Assembly: GCA_964016885.1 (NCBI GenBank)
Contig: OZ024741.1
Location: 304,544,001 to 304,608,000, forward strand
Origin: Eledone cirrhosa
Lineage: Eukaryota
Direction of reading: 5' to 3'
Length of the DNA: 64,000 bases
Made by a program: the position numbers and the translations under genes. The notes under the pieces are model-generated. The model saw only the letters and a program-made list of their open reading frames with translations, was not told the origin of the DNA and ran no database searches. Positions 26,701 to 41,503 of the stretch are shown here, piece by piece; positions within the stretch are counted from its first letter, which is position 1, and every line of letters begins with the position of its first letter.

Positions 26701-29700
26701 GATTGTAAAACACCGGAAGAAATACCACAAAGTACTTGTCTGACACGCTAACAATTCTACCAATCCACTGCTTTATGACTTTTAATGCTATTGGTTATAT
26801 ACTTACTTATAGAGCTCTCACATTACTCACTTTTGTCTTTGTTTTTTTTTTTTGTTCATAGAAACTGAGGGGGACAACCGATGCTCTCTATGTTTTAGCC
26901 AAAGCTCAGACACGATTTGAATTCATCTTCACAAATCTGGTAAGTGTAAATACAAGTTTCAGTCCACTGCACCTTGACCCTATACCTCATTTGTAATGCT
27001 GTGCCCCTACAACAATATATAGGCAGTGAATTAGCAGAGTTGTTCAGGTGTCAGATTGAAAATACCTGTGTTTGTTTCGATTCACTGCGCTCTGAGTTCA
27101 TCTCTTGCAGAGGCAAACATTGCCTTTCAACTTATTGAGGTCAATAAATAAAGTAACAGTCAAATACTGTGGTCAGTTCTTTCTCTCTCTGGAAGAAATT
27201 GGCCGTATTCTAACATGGAGAGGGATGGGTCTCACCAGGTTTAAAATGCCTTGGACACACTAATGTCAGGACAGCATACTTATGACTCCATCATGAGTTA
27301 AGAGCCCTTTAATTACTACAGCAATAGGCAGGAGAATCACACAGGAGATATAAAGATGCTTTTATTTCTTCTATTTTGAGGGAGGGGGATATGCTTCGAA
27401 GCAACTAGTATGAGCTTATTAAAAGGCATAGACGTCTTTTACTTGCTTGCTTTAATGCCATTGGCTAGGTGTAGATAGCTTGGCAGAAATTACTATTATA
27501 ATTAGGTGGTGTTGCCAGAATTAGTTTAGCAGCTGTGCATTCCTGCTACAAGTGGAATTGTATTTTACCTGTAGTTGGAATGGATGTTTTAAAATATTGT
27601 TTGGACATATGTCAGGCCCTTGGCCCACCTGGTGGTCAGAGACTCCGCTTGAGTACTGACAAGTCTGTGATGACATGTCCAACCCTTGCTAGCAGGAAAA
27701 CTGGATGTTAAATGAGGATGATAATGATGATGATGTGTTTGTGTTTTGACAACTCTTCTTGTCTTCTGTTATGTCTTTTCACCAATTAAAATAGGCATTT
27801 GGGGGGATGGGAGGGAGCAGTTGACATGGGGTGTTGTGTTTTAACTTCAATTATTGTCAAGTCTGTTATCCAAATTCCAGATGTATAGTTTTAGAAGTAG
27901 TGAACATGTTGGGCGTGTGCCTTATCTTAAACATTTTTTCTGTGAGCACAGTATAATTCTTCTCGATGCTACCTTCAGATAATACTTTGGCTTGGTAAAT
28001 TAGAACATTTGTGAAGTATCTACCATTGAGTCAAAAGTGAAAGACCACAGCCCATGACCTTTTGAAGGACAGTTAAATGAATTCAGAAAAAAACTGGACA
28101 TAATAGGAATCAGATGTAATGTGCAAGAGAGAAGACAGTGCTGATATGGACCTGTGGTGACTGACTAACAACATGTGCATTTTCTTCATTCTTCTTTTTG
28201 CCTTTTTTTTTTATTCTCGTCTATCTTCTTTTTTTCTACTCTTTCCCGCTCTGTTTCTATTTTTCAATGAAGGACTAGCATCCAAAACGTTAAAACTCAT
28301 TTCAAACTCTATCAAGCATTAAACTAATATACCATTACTGTATTATAATGTTGTCTTGCATTGTTTTTTCTTGTAGACTTTTTGTTTATCATCATCTTCT
28401 CTATTTTTATACTTGTATAGATTGAACAAGTTTTCACCTACTTGTTGCATTCTTTCATTATCTCCTCTGTTTGGTTCATCATCCTGAGATAAACTTTCAC
28501 CATCTCTGAATAGGTTTCCTTCATTCTTCCTCTTCTGGAGCCACCTTTCACTTTGAATTCCTAGCACTTCTTCATCCAACAAACACCATCCATACAGTAT
28601 GTGTCTGTACAAGCACAGTTTTCTCTCTTGCAAACTACATCTGATTCTCCTTATGCCCAGTTTTCCATCAGCTCATCTGTACTCATCTGCACATTAATGT
28701 TACACATCCCGCAGAACATAATAGCCACATTTCTTTCTAACCTTCATGAATCCGCTGTAATCAAGGGCTGTGTCTCACTACCATGTGACATTATACTTCA
28801 TACACATTATATAACCTACTCTTCACTCAGAGAAAGAATCCTTTTATTGCCAGCAAAGGTTGTAGGACCCTGTTCGTATTCTGTTACTGATCTTCAATGC
28901 TAATTATATCGCCTACTCTCGGGTCCCAAATTATGGATGGGGAGGGGGGTAAGCAGGTGGGGTTGGAATAAGCAGGGGAGTTAGAATAAATGGCAGGTGG
29001 GGGGGGGGATAAGAAGGAGGGTTGGAACATCAGTAATTTTTCTATGTTGTCTCCGTTGATTTTTTAAAAACCAGAATTAGTCGTTTAGTTTACATATTGA
29101 GACCCCCCAAACCATCCTATTTATTTGATGATGTATGGGATTTCTTGTAATGTAATTTTTTTTTGTCATGTATAATGTTTTTTAATGTATAAAGAAAGGT
29201 GGGGGGATTATTTGAGACCCAATATTAGTTAACAGAAGCTATCAACTGGCTTTATGTGGCTTTCCTCAAATTAAAAAGAGTTTATTTCACTAGCACTGTT
29301 TCTACTAGCTACCACTGTGCATTTGCCACACACAAAATCTTTTTTCTCTGTTATCCTGCCTGTGATCCTGCTACATCTCTGATGCATCCAATGTTTACAC
29401 TGGATGTACTATCCAGAGCCTTTAGCTACTCATTTTCTTTCTTCTTTGCTACTTACTAAGACTTTAGTCCTTGCTAAGTTTACTTTGAATCCTTTCAATT
29501 CTAAATTTTGTTTTCCTGTCTAGAATTTCTTCTCTTGATTTTCCAGATTCAGCTATAAGTACTAGCTCATCAGCATATAGGAGTTCCCTCAAACAGCCAG
29601 TCATAAAATCTAATAAACAAATGTAGGCTGAGAAATTAGCCTTGATGAACACCAACATGCATGCTAAATTTCTCGCTAAACTCATTGCCTATTCTCACTT

Positions 29701-31431
29701 TACTTGATGCACCTCTGTACATGGCTTTCACTGCTCTCACAAACCATGTGTGCATGTGTGTGTGTATGGGTTTCTGTGCTTGATATTTCCTGAGTCTGAA
29801 AAACATTTGTAATGGCTACTTTTAACATTTTATGAATGTTTTAACTATCATTTACTATGTAAGGTTATGTAGTATTTAACACAAAAGGTAAACTTGATGC
29901 ACAAAAATAGATTTAGAATATCACAAAATTAGATTTAGCACTACACAAAAAATTAGATTTAGCACTACAAAAAAATAAATTTAGAACTACACAAAAATAG
30001 ATTTAGAACTACACATAATTAGATTTAGAACTACACAAAATTAGATTTAGCACCACACGAAATTAGATTTAGAATTACACAAAAGTAGATTTAGAACATC
30101 ACATGCACATGTCAACTGCACACTAAAATAATTAGTGATTCAAGTTGAGTAATGAAGTCTCCTAGTAAAGTATTGATTCATTTAAAGCTGTTGTCATATG
30201 AGGTCCTTAACAGCAGGAAGTGTAATTCAACTCCATTATCAGGTCCCTACGTCATGCCACTAGCCACGTTAAGTTGTACTAATCATGTAGCTGTCACATG
30301 GCACAACAAATATGTAAAACATGCAACCAGGCTATAGTCACATGTCTGATTGCCAACTTTCTGATAAATCTAACCTATTGTCACTTCTCTTTGCATGACT
30401 TCAGTTGCACAAAAGTAATATAAGTGGGTTGTAAATAAATAATAAAAGAGAGGGGGCTGGAGGAGAGAGAAATATTGGTAGTTAAATAAATATAGATAGG
30501 TATACATGTAAAGTTGTGTATATAGTTAAATAGATAAATAGGTTAATAATAATAAAATCATTGTATGCAGTGCTCAGAGGCACTACAACTTGCCAAAGGT
30601 GCATGTATAGTACATAGAATAATGTACAAATATCAGGAAAGTGAACAGTGTATGAGTCATGATATACATGTATCTATAGTTAAATAGGTTAGTACATGTA
30701 TATATACATACTAGATCACCCGTGACCCATTGGGTCACTTTCACTTCATGATATTTTTTTAAAATCATGTTCACTTAAAAATAATTTTTAAATAATTAAA
30801 ATATACACAGGCATGTATATAATGTGAAATGAAACTGGAAGGCCTATGTATATAGGTGTGTGTATGTATATATATAAATACGTGTGTGTGTGTGTACATA
30901 TATATATTTGTGTGTGTGTGTACATATATATATGTGTGTGTCTGTTATCTATATACACTGGTCATAGACACACATACACACACATATATATATATACACA
31001 CACACTCACATATATATATATACATATACACAACAACACCACCAGCTCTCTCTCTCTTCCATTCTCCTTCTTTGTCTACTTCTCTATCTCTCTCTCTCTG
31101 TTTATAAAGATACCCGGAAAAACTCCATATCTCGGGAACCCGTTCTCCGATTTACGTGAAACTTGTTTTATTCCATTTGTATTCCCATTTCTCGGTCAAC
31201 TTCCTTTCAAAGTATTTTCCCATTATGAACCCTTTTGGCTGTATTACATTACAGACAAGCAGGCAAGCAACCACAGACTTTTCCTGTTTTGTTTCTTCCT
31301 TCACTATCAGTACATCATCATCTTGCTTCATGCCATACATTATTCCTACTGCTTCATGAAGGAGAGAAAGGCAGTTCTCATGACCCTTTATTTTTTTAAG
31401 GCTGCTACTGCTGCTGCTGCTGCTGCTGCTG

Positions 31432-31475
<44 letters not shown>

Positions 31476-34290
31476 GTCAGTTAAATTAATAAATGCTTTG
31501 CAGTATTTGTTCCAGCTCTCTGCACACATTGAGTTTAATCCTGTCGAGGTCAGCTTCCATCCTTTCAAATTTTGATAAAATAAAATACCTGTGAACTACT
31601 GCATTATTTATTGGCTTTGCCTTCTAACCTTAACCCTAAAGTAATAATTGAAAATTGTGTGGCCAACATGGGAAGATCTTAACCAACAGTGGAGTGTATA
31701 AGCCAACAAGGGAACCTTGGGATGGTTATTCAAGCTCTTAGAAATAGCAGCCAGATCCCTTTCAAATCACACCATATGGTCTTAACCCTTTCATTAACAT
31801 ATTTCTAACGAATAGCACTGCCTATGATTTTCAAATAATTTTGAAAATAATAAAGAATTCCTCATTAAATTGATGCTTGAAACATAACAAAAGTTATTAC
31901 ATACATTTGTGATATGAGTTGTTTTTTTTTAGATAAATATATATATACACTTTAAAACAAGTAGTTTTGTATGATAAAGCGGTTTGGTATCAAAATGGTT
32001 AAACTAACAGTGGTGTATACAAGCTAGTGAGGTAGCATTGAAGTGGCTAGAAATAGCAGTCATATATCTTTCAAATCACATCATACTGTCTTAAAATGAG
32101 AAAGAAATGTTTTACAGTGTGGTCCTGAATTTACGCTGCCTGAAAATCAGATGAGATGGTGAAGGCTGTAATGATTTTAGTTATAGATCTGCTCAATCAA
32201 GACTTAACTGAAAGCTAGATAGTAAAAACATAAACTAATCAGAGCTTCTGATAGGGCTCCTTGGAAGATGTGCCCGAGGAATCTACCTCCACAGCTTCCT
32301 CAAGAATACTTGGGAGAAGAACAAGAACAACAATGACAACAAAAATACCATTGTAAAGTTACTAAACATGAATTCCGTATTTGTTTTTCTAGGTACCAGG
32401 ATCTCCAAGGCTTTTCACATCAGTTATTGCCATATACAGGTAAGTTAAACATTTTATTTTCCTCTTGTGTAAATGAATTGTTACTGCTAGGAAGGACATC
32501 CACTAGTAAAAACAATTGTTCCAAAGATTTACAAATGCTCAACTTTGGAAAAATGAATCCTGTCAATGCTCATTATCACCATTTTATGCCTGATTTCCAC
32601 ACTGGTCTAGACTAGTATTTTTTATTGATCTCCAAAGGATGAAATGCAAAGTTGTCTCCAGCAGAAGTTGAATTCAGAGTGCAGGTTGCCAGAATGAATA
32701 CGACAAAGAATTCTATCTGACATTCTAATGCCCTTACCTATTTTCCACCTATAGAATGACAGCAATAACTAAATAGAACTGATAAATCTGTCAAATAACT
32801 AGCATAGTTCTAAGGTGAAACAGACAGTGGTAAAATTATATGTATCTGTTACCTATATATATTACAGAGCATATGATACAACCAGATTATACAGACAGCT
32901 GAAACTAAGAGGAGCTCTCATTGAAAACAAAGAATTGAAATTACTGCCACTTGAACAATTGTGCAGCAAAGTGAATGGCGTTTGGAACCTCTCCAGCAAC
33001 CAGGTATATTTTATATATATATATTTATATATAATTATGTTGGTACCACAGAACATCCAGTCTACACTAAAGTGGTCATATAGGTGTCATGACAAAAGGC
33101 ATCCAGTCCACGCTGTAAAGTGATCGTGTAGGAAACACGGTAAAAAGGCTCCAGTCCACACTGTAAATGTGGTTGGTGTGCAAAAGAAAAGACTGTTGGT
33201 ATGGACATGTGATGCACATGGAGAATGATCACTGGGTGAAGAAGTGCCAGGAAATCCATGGAAGGAAACTGCATAGAGGTAGACAAAGGAATACATGGGT
33301 GAAGGTGGTGAGAGCTGATCTCAAATCGCTGAAACTCACAGAGGTGATGAAGGAACATGACTAGTGGAGAGATGTGCTGAAAAATACCTGTCTCACCCAT
33401 GCAAGCATAGAAAAATAGACAGAAAAACAATAATGATGATATACATATACATATAAACACACACACACTCACACATATATATAAATGCATATATATATTA
33501 CCAACCACTACATGCTGTAAAGTGGTTGGTGACAGAAAGGGCATCCAGCTGTAGAAAGCTTGCTAAAGAAAGGGTTAAGAGGGCCCTTTAGTTGTGTCAA
33601 GGACATGACAACATCCCTTGTGCTGGTGATCTACACAATAAAAGCACCCAATACACACTATAAAATGGTTGGTGTTAGGAAGGGCAGCCAACCATAGAAA
33701 GTTTACCAAACAATGGTTTGGGAGGACCCTTTAGTTTGTGTCAAAGACACAACAACTTCTCTTTTATACTTGATAGAACATATGACCATACTTAAGCAGG
33801 ATGCAAACCCTTTGGCCTGTCTGGGAGGTCAGTAGCAATGCTTCATTACTGACTTGGTCTATGTAAGACCACCCTCCACTTGCTAGCAGGAAAAGCAAAT
33901 GTTAAATGATGATGATATATATTGAATTTGTAAGCATCAACATTTTCTGGCTATTTTCATAGTAAAAAAAGCATTGATGCTTCTAGCTTACAAATTCAAA
34001 ACTTCCTATCTCTCAATGGTTCTAAAAATAAATTATTTACATTTGTAATGTCTGATTAAAAAAGCTGAAGATAACAGAATAATTTGTCAGCTGGCGATTT
34101 AGTGTAATGGTTAGCATGGTAAAATGGTATGTTGCAGGTGTGGGTTCGAGTCCTATTCAAAATTATTCTGTCCCCAACGTTTATATACCCAAATTATTAG
34201 AATATTAGAATGTTTCACATAGTCAAAAAATAACATTAATGCTTCTAACAAATGTAAAACTTCCTATCACAACGGTTCTAAAAGTAGATT

Positions 34291-34330
<40 letters not shown>

Positions 34331-37300
34331 GTATATCTGATCTCTGAGCTATGCACTTTAACGAGTACCATTACTTCAAAGACCCTTCAGAGGAACCCCT
34401 TTTCAGCTGCTTGTAGATATATATATATATATATACACACACACATAGCGGGGGGGGGGGGGGGGATTTGCATTGGACATAAAAATAAAAATAAAATCAA
34501 AGATAGGTTCTAAATTAGTTAATTGTTTTATGATAACTTCAGGGGGTTGGTTGATCATGGTAAATCAATATATTGACTAATAGGTAGTTGTCATGTCACC
34601 ACCTATTTCTAGTCGATATCCTTGATCCATCTCATTGTCTTCCTCAGAAGAAATTAACCTACATATGCTAGAACATATATGTATTTAAAGATTTTAAGCT
34701 AAAAAGGGTGGTGCCCCAGCATTGCCTCAGCCAGATGGCTGGAACAGGTAAAAGAGTATAACCACTGTCTTTTCTTCTTCTTCACCCGCTTATTCCTGAG
34801 AGGGTTGTGGGGGCAGAGTCCTCAAACACTCCTTCCAGTGGGTCCTGTCAGAAGCAATTGTCTCCAACTGATCCGGTTGGATCCACAAGCATGATCATGC
34901 AAGCTCGTGGATGTTATCCAACCATCTTTCTTGGGGTCCACCTGTTGGTTTTGCCCATAAAATCTGTCCAACGATTCTTTCCTGAGATATTCTAACCACA
35001 TACCTATAATATTGGAGCTGTGATCTCTCAATTTAGAGAAGTACCTGCTCTACCTGGAGTGACTCTCTGATCTCTGAGCTATACACTTTAACGAGTACCA
35101 TTACTCCAAAGACCCTTCAGAGGAACCCCTTTTCAGCCACTTGTATTTGCAATTGTATTCTTTCAGTCATTACCCATAGGTAAGGGTTGGCATGACACTG
35201 AATTGAAGATAGTGAGTTTGGCTTTTACGCCTACCTCCCTTCTTCTGATTACGGAATGCTGAAGCTGGCACATTACTGCACCAGCTCGTACAATTCTTGC
35301 ACTTAATTCAGCCTCCTGCCTTCCACCACTTGTGAACACGGCCCTGAGATACTTGAACTTCTCTACCTGCTTCAGAACCATTGCAGCAGTTGTCCTCTGA
35401 TGAGGACACAAAATGTTTAAAACGTATAAATTTTTTTGTTTCTTTTTTGTCCTGAGGAATTCTTTTGACACCAAAGGATTCTATGGTAGTTATATCTACA
35501 TTGAATTTAACTAAAATGTTCATATATGTGTATGTGTGTGTATTGTGTGTGAATGTGTGAGTATAAGATAAGTTTTTGCTGTAACTACACTTACATCCTG
35601 GTATTTTGTTGCTGTTGATTGAGATTGGAACTTATACACTTCATATGTCTTTTACTGCTAAGAGTGTCTTTAATATTTCTAGGGTAACCTTGGTACTTTT
35701 TATATCACAAATATCCGAGTAGTGTGGAATGCCATAATGAATGAAGCATTCAATGTCAGTATTCCATATTTACAGATAGTAAGTATATATATACATATTT
35801 CTTCTTTTTTTTTAATTTGAAAATATGAGCATCCCAAATGCAAAAAATGGCTGTAATAGTAGTCAATCACTATATAAATAATAGCTGGGGAAATTGGATA
35901 AAATACCTTTAGAGACAAAAAATGTGTCTGGAAACACCTGCAAGGAATCAAACTTTGCATCTCTTCAATACCACTTTCATTTATCTAATGTCTTATAGAT
36001 TTTTGTTAACAATTTTTTTAATTCACTGGATGTTTGGGATATAAGAACCTTTGTTATGTTATGTCCCAAACTCCAACTTAAAAAGAAGAAAGTTAGTTAT
36101 ATTATTAAATTATCTTTAAATTCTTGATAATCTTTTTAATTATTCAAAAATCCTAGGTAGTGTATTCCATTAGCAATATGCTAAAGAAAGATTTAAGTTA
36201 CTGAACTAGACAGTGATTGAGTTCATAACAAATCCCCTAATTATGTGTGAACTGAATTGAAAGAAATGAAAAGAATGAAATAATGTACCTTTTTTTAATA
36301 AACTCACCGTGGAGATGACGAAGGACCGTGACAAGTGGAGAGATGCTGTGCTGAATAGGACCCGTCCAACCCTTGCAAGCAGGGAAAAGCGGATGTAAAA
36401 TGATGATGATGGTGATGATGATGATAATGTTTAATGTAATTTTTCCATATTATTTTCATTTACAGAAGTCTGTCAAAATGCGTGACTCTAAATTTGGAGT
36501 TGCTCTTGTGATTGAAAGCTCAATTCAAGTAAGTCATTCTATATCATAATCGCCATTATGTTAGTATTTGATTTATTATACTTACGTGAGAGAAAGAGCT
36601 TGAACAAGTTGAGGGAGAAGCTGGGTTTAAGAGGAATCGAAGGTGGTGTGCAGGCAAGAAGACTGTGTTGGTATGGACATGTGATGTGCATGGACAATGA
36701 TCGGTGGGTGAAGAAGTGCCAGGAAATATCAGTCGGAGGAAGCCACAGTAGAGGCAGACCAACCAGAGGTTGTGAGAGCTGACCTCAAATCACTGAGACT
36801 CATAGAGGAAACGACGAAGGAATGTGACAAGTAGAGAGATGCTGTGCTGAAAAGGACCCGTCCAACCCATGAAAGCATGGAAAAATGGACGTAAAAATGA
36901 TGATGATGATGATGATGTGTGGTGCATTGGCAGAATTAGTAGGGTGTCAGATAAAATGCTATTGCTGTATTTGTTCTGGCTCTTTACATTCTGAGTTCAA
37001 ATCTTACCAAGATCAACTTTGCATTCCATCCTTCCGGGGTCATAAAAAGAAAGTACCAGTGTAGTACTGGGGTTGATTCATTCAACGTTGCCCTTCCATC
37101 AAACTTGTGCTTAAATCAGAAATCAATATTCAAAAATTGAAGAGTGATGAATTGGCAGAATTGGTAGAGCATCAGATAAAATGCCATTACAGTTTCTGAG
37201 TTCAAATCCCACTGAGGTTAACTTTGTATTTCATCATACCGTGGTTTGTAAAATAAAGTACCAGTCAAGTACTGGGGGTTGGTTTAATCAACTTTGTCCT

Positions 37301-40300
37301 TCCTCCAAATTTGCTGTCCTTGTGCCTGAATTAGAAACCAAAATTTCCCTTCCATAATTTCAGTTCAATATTTCATTTCCAACAGAGCACTCTATATTTA
37401 ATTGGGTTGTTTGCTCCAAGACATGGGGCCATACACAATCTGGCACCTTGATTGTTGCATTCTTTTAACCAAACAACTCTTTTACTTCAATATATTTTGT
37501 TTGTTTTGTCCTTTTTACCTAATGTGTTACATTCCTGACTTTTTTCCACAGAGTGGTAGTTACATGCTTGGATTTCGTATTGACCCCAAAGAGAAACTAG
37601 ATGATGTATACAAAGAGATATTAAGTCTGCTGCAAGTCTACCGAGCAGATCCTGAATATGGTATACAGTATGACGTGAAAGATAAGGTAAGACAAGATCT
37701 CATTAATTTATTCAGTTTTCTAATATTTCTACACCAGACCCAAATTCAGTTCCTGGAAACTGTGAACTTATCTAAACTACTCCCATTTAATGTCTTTTAT
37801 TTATATACTAGAGTTTCTATGATGGCAATAGCATTGAATGTATGTAATTTTTACAATCAGTGGAGTTTTGGGCCTTGACTGATAGAAGAGTTGGACCATA
37901 CAGGTGGAGTTTGGTACCTTGGTGGATGGATCTCTTTAGAGCTAGGGCCATGATTGCATAGCACACTCTGTAGAGTGTGGGAACAGATGTAAGCGATGGC
38001 CCATCTGAGGGATCAATAGCTCTGATTAAGTACAGACTTTGTCTGTAATATGTCCAATCATTGCTAGCTGGGAAAACAAACATTAAATAATGATTTCTAT
38101 CAATACTCTTGATTCACTCAGATTGAATCTTAGTGTGTTGAGCTTAGTCTGAAGAAAGTCATTCAACTCTAAGAATATTTATTCCACCATTTCATGGGGA
38201 AATATCCAGATATAAATAATAATAATTTAAGCAAATAAACCAGATATCATCATGAAGGAATAGATAAAAAATAATTATAAAAGAACTTGATAAACTCAAC
38301 AAATACAAAGACCTAGAGATAGAGATTAAAAAGATGTGGCACCATAAAACCAAAACAGTCCTACTCGTCACAGGGACTTAGATATGATAAGAGGATGTGA
38401 AGAGCATCTTAACAATATCACAGGTAAACCATCTCTTCAGGAAATTTTAAAAAATAGTATTGACTATTATTGCACATATTGTATAAAGAGCTCTCTGAAT
38501 TGAAATAGGAATTATTGAGTAGCTGTTGGTATTACACAGTAATACAGAAGACCTGACTTCCCACGGGTACAAGCCGAAGCTGAAGCATATAGACAATATG
38601 CCCCCACCCCTCTCCCACTGTAAAGTGGTCGTGTAGGTGTCATGACAAAAAAGCACCCAGTCCACCCTGTAAAGAGGTTATGTAAGCGCCACGGTAAAAA
38701 GCACCCAGTACTCATTGTAAATGAGGTTGGTGTTAGGAAGGGCATCCAGCTGTAGAAGTCAAGCCAAAATCAGTTCTGTATGAGCAAGACATGGTCAACT
38801 GACCTGGCGTTGCCCACAACAGGACAACCCGTCTAACCTATGCTAGCGTGGAAGAATGGACGTAAAACGGTGATGATGATGATGACCTTAAAAGTAAGCC
38901 TTCCCCACCTTTTTTTTTTAATTTACTCACCCAAGCAAGGCAACAAAGCCACTAAATGCAAGAGGTTACTGAGAAGGGAAAAGGACAAATCAGAGAGAAC
39001 ATAATTAAAGGAGATAGAAGAATGTGATTGCTGTTACTTTTGAAATTTTTGCAAATTGTCGTGATCAGGAAAGCAAATGTGTGAGGAAAAAATTATCAGA
39101 ATAGCATTTGTGATTTCATTTAAGAAATTCAACTGTAAAGGGATGAAACCCTAGCCACAAATCTGGTATCTAATTTAAATTATACTTTATATACCTTTAC
39201 ACTTCTTATATATTCAACATCAAGTTATATGTGCAAAGCATACATTTCTTTGTATAAATAATTGTTTCTACTTTTGGCACAAGGCCAGCAATTACCCAGT
39301 GCATTACTGGTACTTTAATTTATCGACCCCGTAAGGATGAAAGGCAAAGTTAAACTCGGCGGGATTTGAACTCAGAATGGCAAGGGCCATAACTTTATGC
39401 GTCAAAGCATGGCGTCCGACCCTCTATTGATACTGCCAATCCACTGCCCTTTGTATAAATAATGTCCTTTTATGGCACCCCTTTACTCAGGTGGCTGAAA
39501 ACAATGACTCACTCCTCTTTTCTTGCCCAAGGTTACAGGTAATGGCCTGGCAAGTGATTGTGTAAAAATGATATAAAAGAAGGAATAATAAAAAGTAAAT
39601 AAATAACAATAATAATGATTTTTAATTTTGGTACAAGGTCAGCAATTTGAAGAGAGTCGAAAGTCAATTCAGTTGACCTCAATACTATATTTTATCAACT
39701 CTGGAATGGAGAAATGCAAAATTGACCTCAGTGGGATATGAACTCAGAACAACCACAATAATAATAATTGAAACATTGTAACATTGACTACATAATATAG
39801 TTGAATAATGGGGCATATAAACCCATTGAAGGGAAAAAGATAGGTATCAGCACACATGGGAGTCGAACCCACAGCTCTCGTTTGCCGGACAAGTATGCTA
39901 CCATTACAATAATGATAACAATAATTTCAAATTTAGGCACAAGGTCAACATTTTGTGTGGAGAGGAAAGTCAATTATATTGACACCAATACTTTACTGGT
40001 ACTTTATTTCATCAACCCTGGAACTCACCACATTAAGAAACAATGACAAAAACACATATGCCAAGATAATTCTGTTTTTTTATAAGTATCTATACAATAG
40101 ATCTTTACGTTGTATATTGCTGAGGATAGGTGTGTGGAGTTTGTCACAACCTTAAAAATTCATAGTCAAAGGCCCTCAAATGTTTTTCAAAAAAATCCCA
40201 TATATTATTCGATATACAGTATGTACATTTATATGTATACCACTATGTTGGAGCACCTGTACAAAAGATCTTTGCATGTTTTTTTTTTAAATATATATAT

Positions 40301-41454
40301 TCTTAACAAAGTGTTGTAGTTACCTTGAAGCATTGTGGAATAAGAAATACAAATTTATCTAGGGAATAAGTTTAATTATTTGGAAGCCCGACAATAAATG
40401 TGAGATTATAAGTATCAAGGTAACAGGAATTAGAGAAAATAGGATGAAAAGAGTGAGAATGGTAGAATTTTACCTTAGCAATTTTAATTATCCCAAATAC
40501 TTTTGGATTTACCATCCATTATCAAGGGAAGTCATAGGTGGGGGCTCAGAGAGCAATCTGAGAAGAGTTGTTGATGGCTTGTTGATTTAATTTGATTATA
40601 TTCTTATGTTTGGAAGGTTTCAAAAGATCCAGCCCAAATTCTCCAAGATGTTCAGGATGATGTTGAAATTGAAGACGATGGTACCAGTGATGCTTTTGCT
40701 GTAAGTATCTTTTGTAATAAAATCATTTGACACTTATGATATCAACCTGGACAAAAGTGGTTCTGGTTCTATGAAACAAAACCACCCATTTTAAAGGGTT
40801 CTTATTTAACTCTTTTTTTTTTCTAATTATTTATAGACTTTATGTCAACTATATTTTACAAACAAAAGTTATACAATGATGGAAATATTAAAAAAAGACA
40901 AAAAGGAAAAATAAGAGTAAGGGTTAAAGGACAGATGTGGCTGTATAAGAAAGTAAAGGAAACGACTATAAATGCCATAAAGGCGGGGGAAAGATTAAAG
41001 ATTATTAGGCAAGAGAAGAAAGAGAGGAGGAAGAGGAGAGTGTGACAGACTATACACCTATGTTGAGGCGGTGTTTCAGCTGCGCCCCGTGGACAAAACT
41101 GTAAAAGCATTTCTGTGGACAATGGCCAGCGACACCCACTGCAATAGCCACCCCACCTTGTGGGGTTCCTTCCTCAGACAAGCTGCTGACGTTCTGATTT
41201 TACAGAGGAGCTCAGCTATATGGGGTTCATGGGCTAATATCCTGTAATAATTTAGCAGAAAATATCTTTGAAAAATATGTAGCGGGAGACCCCCACCCTC
41301 TATTATACTCTACAAAATTAAGTGCATAGGTCTTCTCCCACCCTTTTTGTCTGCATATTGTTTTCTTTCTTTTTCTTTCTTTGATTACTTTCTTACTGAA
41401 AATTGTTAATTATTTGATAATTGATGTAAATAAAACGTAGCTAAAGTGTTTTAT

Positions 41455-41503
<49 letters not shown>

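Noticed and set aside
34091-34162. Functional tRNA gene
   Set aside because: A and B boxes are present, but the acceptor and anticodon stems do not pair; best explained as a SINE head.
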